Below, piece by piece: positions 48,776-61,700 of a stretch of 64,000 nucleotides of DNA. The stretch's first letter is position 1, and each line of letters starts with the position of its first letter. The stretch is from Podarcis tiliguerta (taxonomy: Eukaryota), in assembly GCA_965153285.1 (NCBI GenBank), contig OZ229115.1. One strand, 5' to 3'. The notes below the pieces were generated by a model. It was not told where the DNA came from and searched no databases. It saw only the letters and a program-made list of their open reading frames with translations. The position numbers and the translations under genes are program-made.

Positions 48776-51700
48776 GCACATTAATTACCATCTCTAACCA
48801 CTGGCACTGATTTAGTAGGGCAAGTAGGCAGGAATGAGCCAGCGCCTTTAAACTCAGGCCTAGACAAACTGGAAGTAGACCATCACTAATAGCTATTGTC
48901 TTCTGACTAGCGTAGCTTGCTCCTTCAAGGCCTTCTCTGTTGCTCTTTGGGTTAAATGTGCTTGCAAGAGGGCCAAGTGCCCACACACCAGAGTCTGTTC
49001 TCTAAACTTTTAACAGCACAACTAAACTGTTCAGGGCCAACATGATAGCTCAGCTAATCAGCTTTAAGGGCATGGATTGGACCTCTAATATGTACTATCA
49101 AGTGCACTATTCTGGCTTCTTGCAGAAAGGAAAGGAAAAGAAGCAGAGACGGAACTCCTGAAGTCTGTCTATCTGAGAGTAACATAAGCCCAATTCACAT
49201 TTTAGCCACTGAACATGGAGTACAAAATACATAGTGCAGCATTGGTCAGTGATGCACCTGTATATAAAGGGCAAGTGGCAAAAATATGTGACGTTCCCTC
49301 AGTATATATTTTTATTAAGAAAAGCAACTTTGAGAGGTTGCTGTTTTGCATGAGGGAGCTGGAGTCAAAGGATGCTTCATACATTTCTTGCTTACTGTCC
49401 TATTCTAAATTTACCCCGAGCGTTATAAACATGCCCTTGTAATAAAAATGAGAAAAGGCAGTGGAGGAATGATTTTATCATGAGAAAACAGCAGGTGAGA
49501 AAAGGTTAAGTCACTCATTCCTTTCCCCACTATTTTGCCACTGAAAACTGAGCTTTCTAAAGCCATCTTTGTTAACAGAAAAGGGTTTAATGTGTTGCTG
49601 TAGAGTTCATCAACATGCTGCATGCCACAGGAACACATGCACCACCCACAAAGGACTTCCCTGGCACCCTTTCCTTTGTTTCCTCCTCCCACTGTGATGC
49701 TTGAAGAATTGTAGCCAATAGAAGTGTGTGTGCTTGGTTGTGGCATGTGCATGCTGCCCATGAGAAGTTGTTCTGTTTGTAAATGTGCCAATGGGCCGCA
49801 TTTTATTTGTCCCTAAATGGCCTTTTTCCTGCCCCCTGAAATATACACGGAAGTGGCTGTCAGGAAAGGAATAGCCTGTGCACTGTTCATAATTAATGCA
49901 TTGCCTGGGTATTTGTACTCAGGAATGTGTAGCCAAAAACGAGAAGTTAAAGAGAAAATTAACCTAGATAGAGATGGTGCCAAAGAAGAGATAAGATAAA
50001 CTGGGAAAGTGATGAGGGAAGAAGTTCAGGAAGACTGCAGATGGTGGTAATTATGAGTCACTTAATGAGGAGCTCAAGACTAAGCCATAGGCTGCTACTT
50101 GTAAATTCTATCAGGTTCTTGCAACATGCAGAATTAATGGCTATAACATAGGGGGAGAACATGACAAGGAGCAGCTGCTATGTCAAGAAGTGTTGGAACA
50201 AGAAGAAAAAGAAAAATCTTGTGGCAGTATCTCATAGAAGAGTTCCAAAAGCGAAAGTAGAAGTGCAATAGGCTTGAACAAGAAGCTTCTCCTCCTTGGG
50301 AAACGTGGTGATATCATGCTGAGAAGCATCTTGCAGGGGGAAAGAAGAGGCAGGTAGTGGGAGCAGGGCGTTTAACGCTCAGACACAAAGTCTGGATCCA
50401 TACAAACTGCTGACTCAACCATATTTTTAATTCCCAGACCACAGTTGTTTTTAATGGGCTAGTAGATATGCCTACCTGTTGAGAAGGGAAGGGTTGGAAC
50501 TAGCAAGATCCACTGCTCTCCATTATTCTAATCCAGCATTCTTTCCCCTGGGAGTAACCACTGAATTTTGAACAGAAGTTGCACATTGGTATATTCAAGC
50601 ATCTGCCTGCCCCCCAGTGCTTTGGTTGCTCCCATAGACAATTTCTCTCTGCAAAGAAATGGCAAGATACAAACAATTGTGGGGACACCTAATAGGGCCA
50701 TCAAGTCTGATGGACTTTTGTGAAGAGGGTGCCCCTTACAGAGTCTACAATGCTGCCTGTGTGTGTGTGCAAGCTCTGGTCTCGGTTTGTTTTTCTTTAT
50801 TCTGCTTGTTGCTCTGCTTGCGGAATCTGCTCAGCTGTGGTCCTTGTGGCTGCTGACAAGACAACCTCCTAGCCTGCCTGCCCGCCCCCCTTTGGCTGGG
50901 CTGCACCATGCCGGCTTCCTGAACACACTGGAAAAATAAACACTGCCAGGCAGCTGCAGTACAGCCATTGCTGAAATGGGGTTGGAGGCTCAAGAAATTG
51001 ATCGTGCCAGAGAGGGCAATACAGGGCTGGGGGGTGTTGTTCCTGAGCCAGACTCCTTTCCATACTTCTGAACTTACAGTGTCTTACTTCCAGCATAATA
51101 AGAGTTGAAAGCAGACACAGGCCCTCTTTCACAAGTTGATCTAATTACATAGTCCCTCTCTGCACTTTCCAGAGAAGCAAAGATAATGTTTATCCCACTG
51201 GACAATTGCTTCCCACTTCATACACCTGTTTTCTGCTGGTTTGTGGAAACCTGTGCATATTTATAACATTAATTGAAGTTTATAAAGAATTGAAACTAAG
51301 TTGTCACCCCCAACCAAGTTAAAAAATCCAGCTCTTACATCAGAATCGTCTCCCTCTTCTGCAGAGATTTCACGGCTTTTACAGGTTGTTACTGACAACC
51401 TAGTATAACAATCCTTTATATTACACACTATCTTTGGCCATGTCAACTTCATCTGCTGGGGTCTCTTGCTGCCTTTGGCAGGCTGGTTGCAAAAGCTAAT
51501 TTTCACAAATTGTACTTGACTACATTTTCTGCATCTGTAAATTGCATGGAAAATTACACTAAGTAGAAATGTACATTTGCTTTTAAGTGATCTCTCTTTA
51601 GCTTTATTCTGTCTCCTTAGTAATATTCCCGCATCATAAATTCAGATCGAAAGTAATTTAGTACCACCTGTGAAAATGTCCAGAGACAACACTCAAGTCA

Positions 51701-52379
51701 AGGCACACAGATCTTTTCTTCCTTTTAAAAAAAATGAAGCACAGTATTTGCTGAAGACTGAAAAAAGTAAACTTTGGATGGTTCCCTCTTGCTCTGCACC
51801 AGTACTTTCCGTGCTCTATCAGGCCTTGAAAATACATTTTAAATTCTGTGAACAGGTTAGTCAGAATAAAATATGCAAATTATATTAAAATGTTTCCTTT
51901 AACTAATTAATCCAAAACTTGCACTTTCTTGGGGCAGGATTTGATCTTTCTGGGAGCAGAAGAACATCCAGCTATGCATGCATCATCATATATATTAATT
52001 ATATATAATGTGCATCCTTACTCATGCACACACAAACTCCTGTTGTTCATCAACACACACTTCTCTAAGATGGAAGTCTAGAGCAAAACAAGACACAATG
52101 TCAGAAATCTGTGATGGGATTGCATCCTCATTAGGTTTTACCAAATAATAGCCAAAAGGGAGATTCAGACCAGGACAGTGGTGCTGAGGAGAAAGGCGTT
52201 TAACCCTTTCCCCCAGCACCATTTCCCAGCTTAAAGCTTCCTCCCCCAGCTGTTATTTGTCCTGTTAAGAGAAACTTATGCGTACAGCCTGCATCAGTCT
52301 AGTAGGTACACTCTTGACTACAAACACAGAGACTCCAAAGCGGGGACCAAAGAACTGCACACAGGCACCATCAGAAGAT

Positions 52380-55300
52380 AGGTTTATATATAATATATAT
52401 TTACTTTTAAAAATAAAAACTTCCATTGCAAGGCTAGAGGTCTGTACAAACTACAAAAATAAATCTTTTTTCTTTTCATATAAATAATTTATATGGCATG
52501 ACAACATTTCAGGTTAAAAGGTCTCCAGCACACCTGCTACATACTCACATGCACACGCGCACACAGATACACACATGCACACACAATGTGTCCCCCTTTC
52601 CACCGTTTCCTGTGCTTTGCTGGTCACAGACTTGTTGGCGGGGGTGCGGGGGGGGGAGGAGAAACACAATTTCTATTGTGAGTTAGCTAGAAGCACTTAG
52701 CAGTTTTTTAAGCAGTGGGTGGGTGGAAAGGAGAGCGGGAGAAGTTGGGCATACATGTCAAATGCTGCTAGGTTCTACCTTTGACAGTGGTTTCTGGTCT
52801 AAATAGTTTCGTGGTGAGAAAACAGGACAAATCTAAATGGTCAGAGGAATCTCTGCCACATGGCAAGTTTCTGTGTGCAGGGAATTCTCTCCAGATCCTA
52901 GAAGCAGTTCTGAGTTTTAAATCAACTGAATTAATCCATTTTAATAGAAGGCCCAACCCTATTGAAGCTGCTAAGGGTGTTCACACAACCAAAATGTGAA
53001 AATCTCAGCAGAAACTCCCTTGGCAGCATGAAGTGAATAGGCAATCCGGCATACTTTGGGGGATATAATTACAGCAGTTATTGGGCGAAAGGGAGGGGGA
53101 ATATAAAGTGCCTGCGGTCAAGAAGGAAGAATGTCACTGAGGAAGTGGATTCAAAGGTGAATCAGCCCTGCTATCTCACACAAGTAAGCTATGGTGCGTG
53201 AGTCTCTGTGCCCAAAAACTACACACAATTTTATGCCCAAGTGGGTCAGAATTTCACACAAAGCCCCCAAGGGACAACTCCATGTTGGCAAAGAACAGCT
53301 AGAAGACGTCTGCACTTCTTATTTATCTCATTCTAAAGACAAAGTTGTAAAGTGTTATTCCACTACAAATGTCAGTGCCACCGAGAAACTGGCAAACTAC
53401 TTGTGTATATAATTGCAGTGCAGAAAGATGTTAAGCAACTTCTGCAGTTGGAGGGGTCTCTTCCTGAAGCCCAAAATCTCCAAACTTGCAATCGGGAGTA
53501 CCTAAAGTTAGTTCACTGTCTTAGGTGAAAAATACATTTGGTCCCAAACCTTGTATCTTGTTGAAAGAAATGTGTGTGTGCTGAAAACTGTGGCACATCC
53601 ATCAGGTTCCAAAATCACTCAAGAATCCTAACAAACAGAATATTTTTCCCCAGCTGCCATCTTTTTCCTTTAGAGTAGGTCAGTAAGAAAGAAAGAAAAT
53701 AACCTTTTTTTAAAATTTAAAAAAAGAAGCATTGTGTTTCAGGATTTAGGTTGTGATCTGTTGTTTTGTGATTGATGCACAGGGCAGAGCTGGCCAGAAA
53801 ACTGCACTTTGAATTTTGTGCAAAATTTTGATTTGTGTCCTGAACCAGAATGGAAAAACTGAAACATTTCATAAAGCAATTTTGACTTAGCTATGTGGAA
53901 ACCAAGCATGTCAGATGGAAATGGAACTGGTCCTTGAGAACCAATCCTGCTGCCAAGCGACAGTTCATTTCTTGTTTTTCAGCCAAAGAAGCTGAACCGG
54001 AAAGAGATCTTTCAGAAACAGAAAAAGCAACCACAGCACTCATACTTTTGGGCAGGAAATGGAATGTTTTGCCCAACTCGTCTCTCCCGTTGAACATTTT
54101 CTGCTCTGATTACTACATAGGGATGTTTTTAGGTGGGAGAGAATCAAAGGATAATTTTACACATGCTTTTTTTTCCTGCACAGAAATATTTGTGAAGAGA
54201 TGGGGGGAAAGTTCTGTACACCATCAGTTGTGAAGGTGCAGCACGAATGTTTGTGCTGAAAGTATGCAGGTCAGGAAGCTAATAATCTCAGTATAGGAAA
54301 AACATGTGTTGAAAAACTCAAAACGGTACATTGTCCTTAACAAGGGCAATGAATGGCTGAATTTACCACAAGGTCGCCCAGCTTTCTTATTAAAGTAAGC
54401 TTAAATTTCCATTTGAAACACTTCCTTCGTAAACCAACACAGTACACATACATTTTTGTACTCAGGCAGCAGTCTCAGACTACAAACTCACTTGTGAGAA
54501 GTACCTCTTAAAACATGGAAGCAGAAAAAACATAAACCCATATAAACTGCTCTTCCAGAAAGCCCTGCTCTGATCTCCATCCGTGTGGGGTGAATGTCCT
54601 GCAGGGTCCAAAAGCCTGCCCTGTATGATTCTCATCTTCTGTTAGTCACAAATTATTCCTCACTGATACTCTTGGGAAATGATGAAGCTTAAAATGTAAA
54701 TTCTAAAAGGAAGTACTTATGGGACACTTGTGTGATGGGCTACCTTGGACTGATAAAGAGGCAGGCATGCAAGCAAAAAGAATAGGGCAGAAAGGTTTTT
54801 GTAGTGTGGGATAGGACAGGGAGGAATTTAACAGGATTTGGAACAGCCAGATGGCGAATGCTGGCATAGGCAGACATGCCGGTGGAAGCAGGAGCAGAGT
54901 GCAGCCCATCCCACACAGCTTGCATAGAAGGCGCTAAGACACATTGTGCCCCTCCATTGCATGCTCCCTCCACTCCACACGCCCAGGGGGTCCTCTCTCC
55001 ATTACAACCTCACCCTGGTGTTTCCCCTTAAAGGGACACGCCACTTTTTTTTTTTTTAATGAGGGAGCTGTAAAAATAATAAAAAATAATTATTATAATT
55101 ATAAGGGGGAGGGTTCGTGACTCTTTTTTTATACAGCTTAAAATAATAATATTAATATTAATAAAAATAAAAGAATAGCAGCACAATGTGGGAGGGGTTT
55201 CCCCACGCACAAGTTGAGTCCTGTTCTCTCCATGGGAGGGTCAGTGTTTGGGCGATTCTCTCGCCCTGCCCCGATGACAGCCATGAGATGGTTCACACAG

Positions 55301-55778
55301 CATATGGGGAATTGTCACTTTCATTTTCCAGGTTCGATGGGATTGGAAGTTTCCCTGTCTGCAGGTGAGTGGGCACAATGTTATCTGGGCTATCACAGTC
55401 CAATGTAAGGATGCAAACTAGGGATGTTTTGAAGCCAGAAGTCCTGGTAACCAAGAAACCCAGCATGTTTTTGGTGGCAGATAACACCTAGAGAAACAAG
55501 GCATGGGAAAGTGGAGTACCAGGTGCTGAGAGATTCTCCCATCAACTTTTTCACGGCAGTAGCTCATCTGGCCTTCTTGCTCCAGTTCCCAAAGGCACTG
55601 TCTATGTCTACAGTTGTTTAAACACAGTGCAAGAGCTTCCAGGTATCCATCCTGCTTCACAGTCTGTGGTGTGTGGCGAACAATCTGGGCTCCTGACCCC
55701 ACCAGGGATACTGTGCACATCCCATCCCTGAGGCAGGAGTTCTAGACCCAAGGTCTTGGGCCTGGCAAAAGTGAAATG
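52380..55778 (-). other. PTCH2: Probable long PTCH2 3' UTR
   Basis: Few recognisable repeats after the stop codon; U-rich block (minus strand) at 55045-55175; AU-rich terminal-looking block at 52380-52500 with TGTACAGA and TTTTTAT on the minus strand. The next canonical AATAAA I saw on the minus strand is at 51608-51603. The true end is uncertain. Confidence 0.4.
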
Positions 55779-58700
55779 CTAGTGCCTCTGGTCTAGGCTC
55801 TGCAGTTCCAAGCTGTTGGATGCGTCTTTACGAGGCTCCTCAGGTCCATCGGATTCAAAGCCCTCGTGTGTGTAGCCCCGGCATGAGCCAGGCAGGGGTG
55901 GGTGCAAGGCCAGCATCACTGAGGCAGTGGCTGTAACTGTGGTGAAGGTGCCACCGGATGCAGGAGGCGGCACTTTGGTACTGTGGGCAGTAGGGTCGGT
56001 CCGAGGGGGATTGGGGGCAGTCTGAGCCAGCCGAGGCCTCTGTTTGTGGTTTGGCTGCTCTTGCTGCTGTGAAGCGTCTTTGACTTCTGTGACAGTGGGC
56101 GGCAAATGTCCTCCAGGGGTCACAGTTTGGGTCCAGTCTGGGCTGCACAACGACAGAGGCGATTCGAGGCTAGTCTTGTAGCTTTTCACCACCTGCCCAG
56201 GAAAGGAAAGGCTGATGTTAGTGTATTGGATATGGAAGGGAAGAAGGCAACAACACAAGTGCAGATGACATGGAGTCCTTGTGACAGCAACTTTCAAACC
56301 ATAAAGCAGCAAATTCAGTAAGAAGAATCTGAAGCACAAAGAGAGTGAATTATGTTGCCCTAAGGTACTAAAGAGGAGACTTCAACCACTGTACATCTGT
56401 CACGGATGCTTTAGCTGAGATTCCTGCATTACAGGGGGTTGCTCTACCTGTTTTAACTCCTGGGACCTGGGAATAGAAGCTAGACTCCTATTACCCCATT
56501 ATACATTACTATAGCCACATTGCACCCCAAAGATATGCTCCAAGGTGCTATGGTCTGTCTTTCCCAGAGATCCCAGGAATTTTGTCTCACAGAGACCTGC
56601 CCACCCCAGTCCAGTGCCTATTGACATACTAGCATAAGAACAGAAACAAACATTCCTGGTTCTCTTCTTGCCTTGCCTCCCAACTCATTTGGGGACACTA
56701 TCTTTACACTTGAACTAGAATCCAGCTGCCTTTGAATGCTGAGACCACCCTCTCCATCCAGAGAAACCAGAGTTCTGGCTTCCCCGGCTCTTGATGGGCA
56801 CTTACGGTGATCTTGGGGAAGCTGGGGCTTTTGCTGGCCTTGACCAAGATATGTGATTGCGCTGGGGGGATGATGTAGGTGCTGCGGTCATCTTCACCCG
56901 TGTCTGATGCTCCTGTGCTCTCTGAATAGTACTCGGAGTCTGAGGAGTCACCAAAGGCTCCACCATGCCGCTGTACATAGAAGCTGTGGTGGCTGATGGG
57001 TGGGGGGACGGGGGACGGTGTCGGCAGGCGGCTACCGTTATCTGCTGGTGTGACCTAGAAGAAAAAAGCAGAAAGCACACTGAGAAAACAGGGTGTCAAA
57101 TAAGAGGCACAGGCTTTCCATTCATTGTAGTGAATCCTGAAATCTATTGATAGCAGGTGAAGCCAAGACCTATGTTCTATTACGACTTGTCTGTCTGTTC
57201 AAGCACTTCACCTCGATCTGGCAGTGGGTTTTGACAGTGAGATATAGGACCCTTCTGCTTTATGGTTCTCCACTAGAGCAACCTGATGGGAAACAGAAGT
57301 TTTCTTACCTCTGCAGGTGGTCCAATGATAGACAGCAGGACAGGCAGCAGCACCAAGCCATTGAGCAGTCCCAGAATGGTCAGGATGGTGAGCACAGCAA
57401 AGAAATACCTTTGGGGGGAGGTCAAGGTGGTCAGTAATGGTCAGATTTGTCATTTGTGCAAATCATCTGCGTACAATAGAACTTTAGGATGAAAATCAGT
57501 TACTGCTCTGTATATTTTTCTTTCCCATCCCAGGAAGCTGAGATGCAGCACAGTTCTGCGGCCTTTGTGAAGAGGGAGGGTTACTTATTTACCCAGGTGG
57601 CAGTAAAGCATCTCAGCCTCTTATCAGGGCAGCCAAGTACAGAGCTAGTTCACCAGCACACAGTCATTTACATTCTCTTGCACACTCATTACTGTTACAC
57701 CCATGCACTGACAAGTGCTATCCCTCAGTCTCAGCTCAAGGTTGCTCCCTATAGAAGATAAGAGCGTCCCTTTCTCTGAGCCAGCAGACTTGTAGAGCTC
57801 ACAGGTCTTAGCTGCCATATGGCAAAGTGTCAGAGAAGGAATAAATTTCTTGTAGAATATCTTCCCCTCAACCCATTGTAAGTTGTGGTCTTGAACAGGG
57901 AGATTTCTCCAAATTTGGCAGAATGTACCAGTGCCCCTCCAGGGCTGCCTTGAACCCTATTAGATTCTGCCTTTATATCCATTCTTGATCAGTGAGACAC
58001 CTATTGCCCCATGTGGTGTTACCCAAATTCCCAACAGATGTCAAGAAAGACAATTTCCCATTCTCTAGCCATTCCTTTTACTGATACCTCTGGAAATGGC
58101 CCCCAGCACATTGGTCCAGAGCACCACCAGAAAAGGTATACCAGGGGACAAGAGAGACACATGACAATTACCTCAGAATGAAATCGAACTCTGAACCAGC
58201 TAGCATAAGGACGCCAAGCAACGTGGAGACAGCACCATCCATCACAGGGGCAAACATGTGCTCTAGGGCCACAGTAGTGCGCAGGTTCCGGTTGCCAATG
58301 GCCGTGAGAAAGCCCTGAGAAAAGACGAACAGTCAGAATGCGACTAAAGAGAGTGACTTGTCCAAGCAGACTGGGAGAAAGAACAAGAAGCTAAGCCCAA
58401 ATCTGTTCTTGCGCACTGAGTCAGCTGGTATTGCCAGAGCTGGAACAGGCTCATCTCGAAATGACAGCTTGGACTCTGCTTTTCATAACATACACAGCTA
58501 TATCATTATATTCAGCACTAATTAAAAGAACTGCCAACCTTGGGTGCTGCACCCACAATTATGGATTAAATTCTGCTCTGACCACCCAGACTGCAACAGG
58601 GTGATATTAAGGGATATTAAGGGGGTAATGAACCCACAATTTATTGATTCTCCCTTATAGACTGCACTACTGATCAGGTTTGATACAACAGATAAAAACC

Positions 58701-61700
58701 TAATAATCTAAATGTTCTGGTTGGGTGCCACTAAAGCTATTTGAATGTATATCGTTGTAATATCACACACCAAGTTCTCTGGTGTGAAAAAGAGCTCTTG
58801 AAAACTCTGCAAGGGTGTTCAGGGAACCCTATTCCTTTCAGTATGGACCCACAGAGCTTCAAAAAGAGGAAGTCTCACTGAATCACATGCTCTAGACATG
58901 GTAGCAGAATGGGCTGTGCTCACACAATTGCTTCTTACCAGAGCTACATGTACGGTGAATTCCACACCAATTCCCACAGAGGCGATGAGGATGACTACTG
59001 GGATGGCACTCAGCTTGATGCCCATCAGGCCCATGATCCCAAAGAGCTCGACTGTCATCATAGCTAGAACGAATACCTACGTCAGAGAGAAGGGACAGCT
59101 CAGTATCTTACCTGCAAGCTATGGTTATGGACATGTCAATTACAGCAATGAAAAAAGCCCAATGTAGAGGTTAACAGGTAGATTAAGAATAGGTACCTAC
59201 AAATCCATATGCTCATATGTATGTAATTTCTGAATTCAGAACTAATTCAGAAAATGCATACATCTCATTGTTGCACATGAATACCAGGTTATTAGTTAAC
59301 AGTAATCACCCAACCACTACTACCATGCCTGTTTGATACCTTGATTGTTAATTAATTAATTAATTAATTAATATTTGAGCTGCATTATACGCTTTTGTAT
59401 GGTAAACAGTAGGGGTATGGGACTGTGCACACACTAGCCTTAAAGATGGCTAAGGATGCAAATATAATAGAGCACCTGCATGTTAGTGTGCAGGCTTAAC
59501 CCTTTCAGCACTGTAGAAAGAAGCTTGAGGAGAGAAAAAGATATTTACTTTTTGCTGCAAAGGTAAAGCTCTACTTTACACTCTATCTGGTAGCAGATGT
59601 GTGTTTACTATTGCATCTGCATACAGTGGGAATTGGTCTCATTCCCGGCTCCTTGGTGCGTACACCTGTACAATGCATAAATGGTGTCTGTTGTGTGCTA
59701 AACCTTAATACGTTTACGGGAAAATATGCACATGTTCATGTTTTTTTAAAAAAAGAATATGAGAAGGTACGAAAACATTCCAGACTTGCAACAAAACACT
59801 CAATTTCTGCAGTCAGAATAAATTCTGCAAACTACTGCAGCAAGTTTTTTTTTAATGTATTACAGTACAGCTGCACAGTTTTGAGTTTGGACAGAACCTG
59901 AATGATTTAAAATGGTCTTTGGTATTGAAGGAAAACTTTTTAGGACACTATGTAAGGCAAGGGAGATGGAAAGGCAACTGTGCAGAGATTACAGGAAGCA
60001 TTGCACTAATTCTCCCCCACTCCCATTTCCAAATTTCCTGTCCTAAACACGAGAGCCAAAAATACTGATTTAACTAACAGTGACAGTGTTTGACGACCAT
60101 TTCCCTTGTTGCACAATGCCATATTGCTACTACATATAACGTCTGGAGCTAAAACATCTCCCTTACTGCTAGACACCCTGTTGCTCAAGAAGAAGGATAC
60201 TCACAATGATACTGGCGGTCCAAGGATTGAGGAGTAGCAGGGTGCACACTAGAAAAGTGCAGGCCAACACAATACTGATGGCCTGTAGAAGCCAGTGCCG
60301 AAGGCCAATGTACTGCTCCCAGAAGAGGAAAGGGTAGCCGCTAGGGTAGCTGAGGACACCATGCGTCTGGGCCACCTCGTCACAGATAGCACGCACACTC
60401 TCGATGGCTGCCACGAAGTCTGATGTCTGCCGCAGTCCATTGAGGTAGAAGGGGAACTGAGCAAACTCCAGGGGCTGTGCAGCAGGGACTGTCAGAAAGA
60501 GAGGCAGCCCATCAGATATAGTGGCCTTCTGCCCCCTACTCCCATCTCTAGGGCCAAAAATGAATTGCTTCCTTTGCCCATGTGTCAGGCATGGCTTGCA
60601 AATGTGGGAAACATACATTGTAAGGATTTCCACTGTGGAATTGCCATAGAAGTGGGGATAGGACTGAGCTGAAACAGTAATGCATGATGGAAAGTGGAAC
60701 AAGAATGAGGCTGCTGCCTGAACTCACTTCGAAGGTTCTCGCCAGTGGCATCGTATTTGTCATGGATCCATTCCGGGGGTGGTGGGTAAAAGTTGGCTTG
60801 AGATGCAGCAAAGCCAAGAGGGTCGTTGCTCACCCACACTGTCAAACAGATGTAGAAGATGTCAGGAGGAATGATCCCATTCTCATCCACCAGGCGGCGA
60901 GTTGTCAGCTGTAGGCAGATGGAAGGGATGCAGGGCGGTTAAGAAGTATAGCAACTAATAGTAAGTAGTAGCAGCGGTCAGGGTGCTACTGGACAGGTGC
61001 TATCATTTGGCAGGAAATAGGGCTGAGCCCCCTGCTTGGGCACCAGCTGGCCATTCCCAAAGCCATGTAGATCTCATGTGTTCCTCCATCTCCAAGGGAC
61101 CCCAAATGCCTATGGGAAAGCTTTCTCTTCTCTCCATTCTTTTGCAGTGGGGATCTATCTCCTCCTTCCCGCCTGGTACACCATGGTCTCACCCTTAATT
61201 CTCATGGCACACTGGGTTCTCTTTGCCTGCCCACTCCCAACTTTTAGATTGCTCCCCCACTTACTTGATTGAGGTTTAAGGGTTCTTTCTTGTTGCCTGT
61301 CTGGATGAGGAGCTTGTAAGCCAGGGCACCATCTTCGGATCCATTGCGGTAATTCTCCTTGGTGATATGCCCAGCTTCCCAGTCCCGGTCAAAGGCTACC
61401 TGTAGACCTGCACAACAGGGGAGTAGACAGGTAAGGGAGTGCCATCTGTGGAACCCAAGGCCCAGAAGCAAGAGCTCCTCTCACTAGCTATGCCAATCCC
61501 TTCCTCTCTTTCATGACCTCCACCCCTTTGCCGTTTAACTCAGATCTCTCAGCCCCTGCCGCATGTTTCTGTCCCTACTTTAGAGGAACAAGAACAGAGC
61601 TGGTAATCCTAGAAGGCAGAAGGGCACATGTACAACTGTGCAAGTGAGCATGTACACAAACATTTATATTTATTTATTGAATTTATATAGAATTTATATA

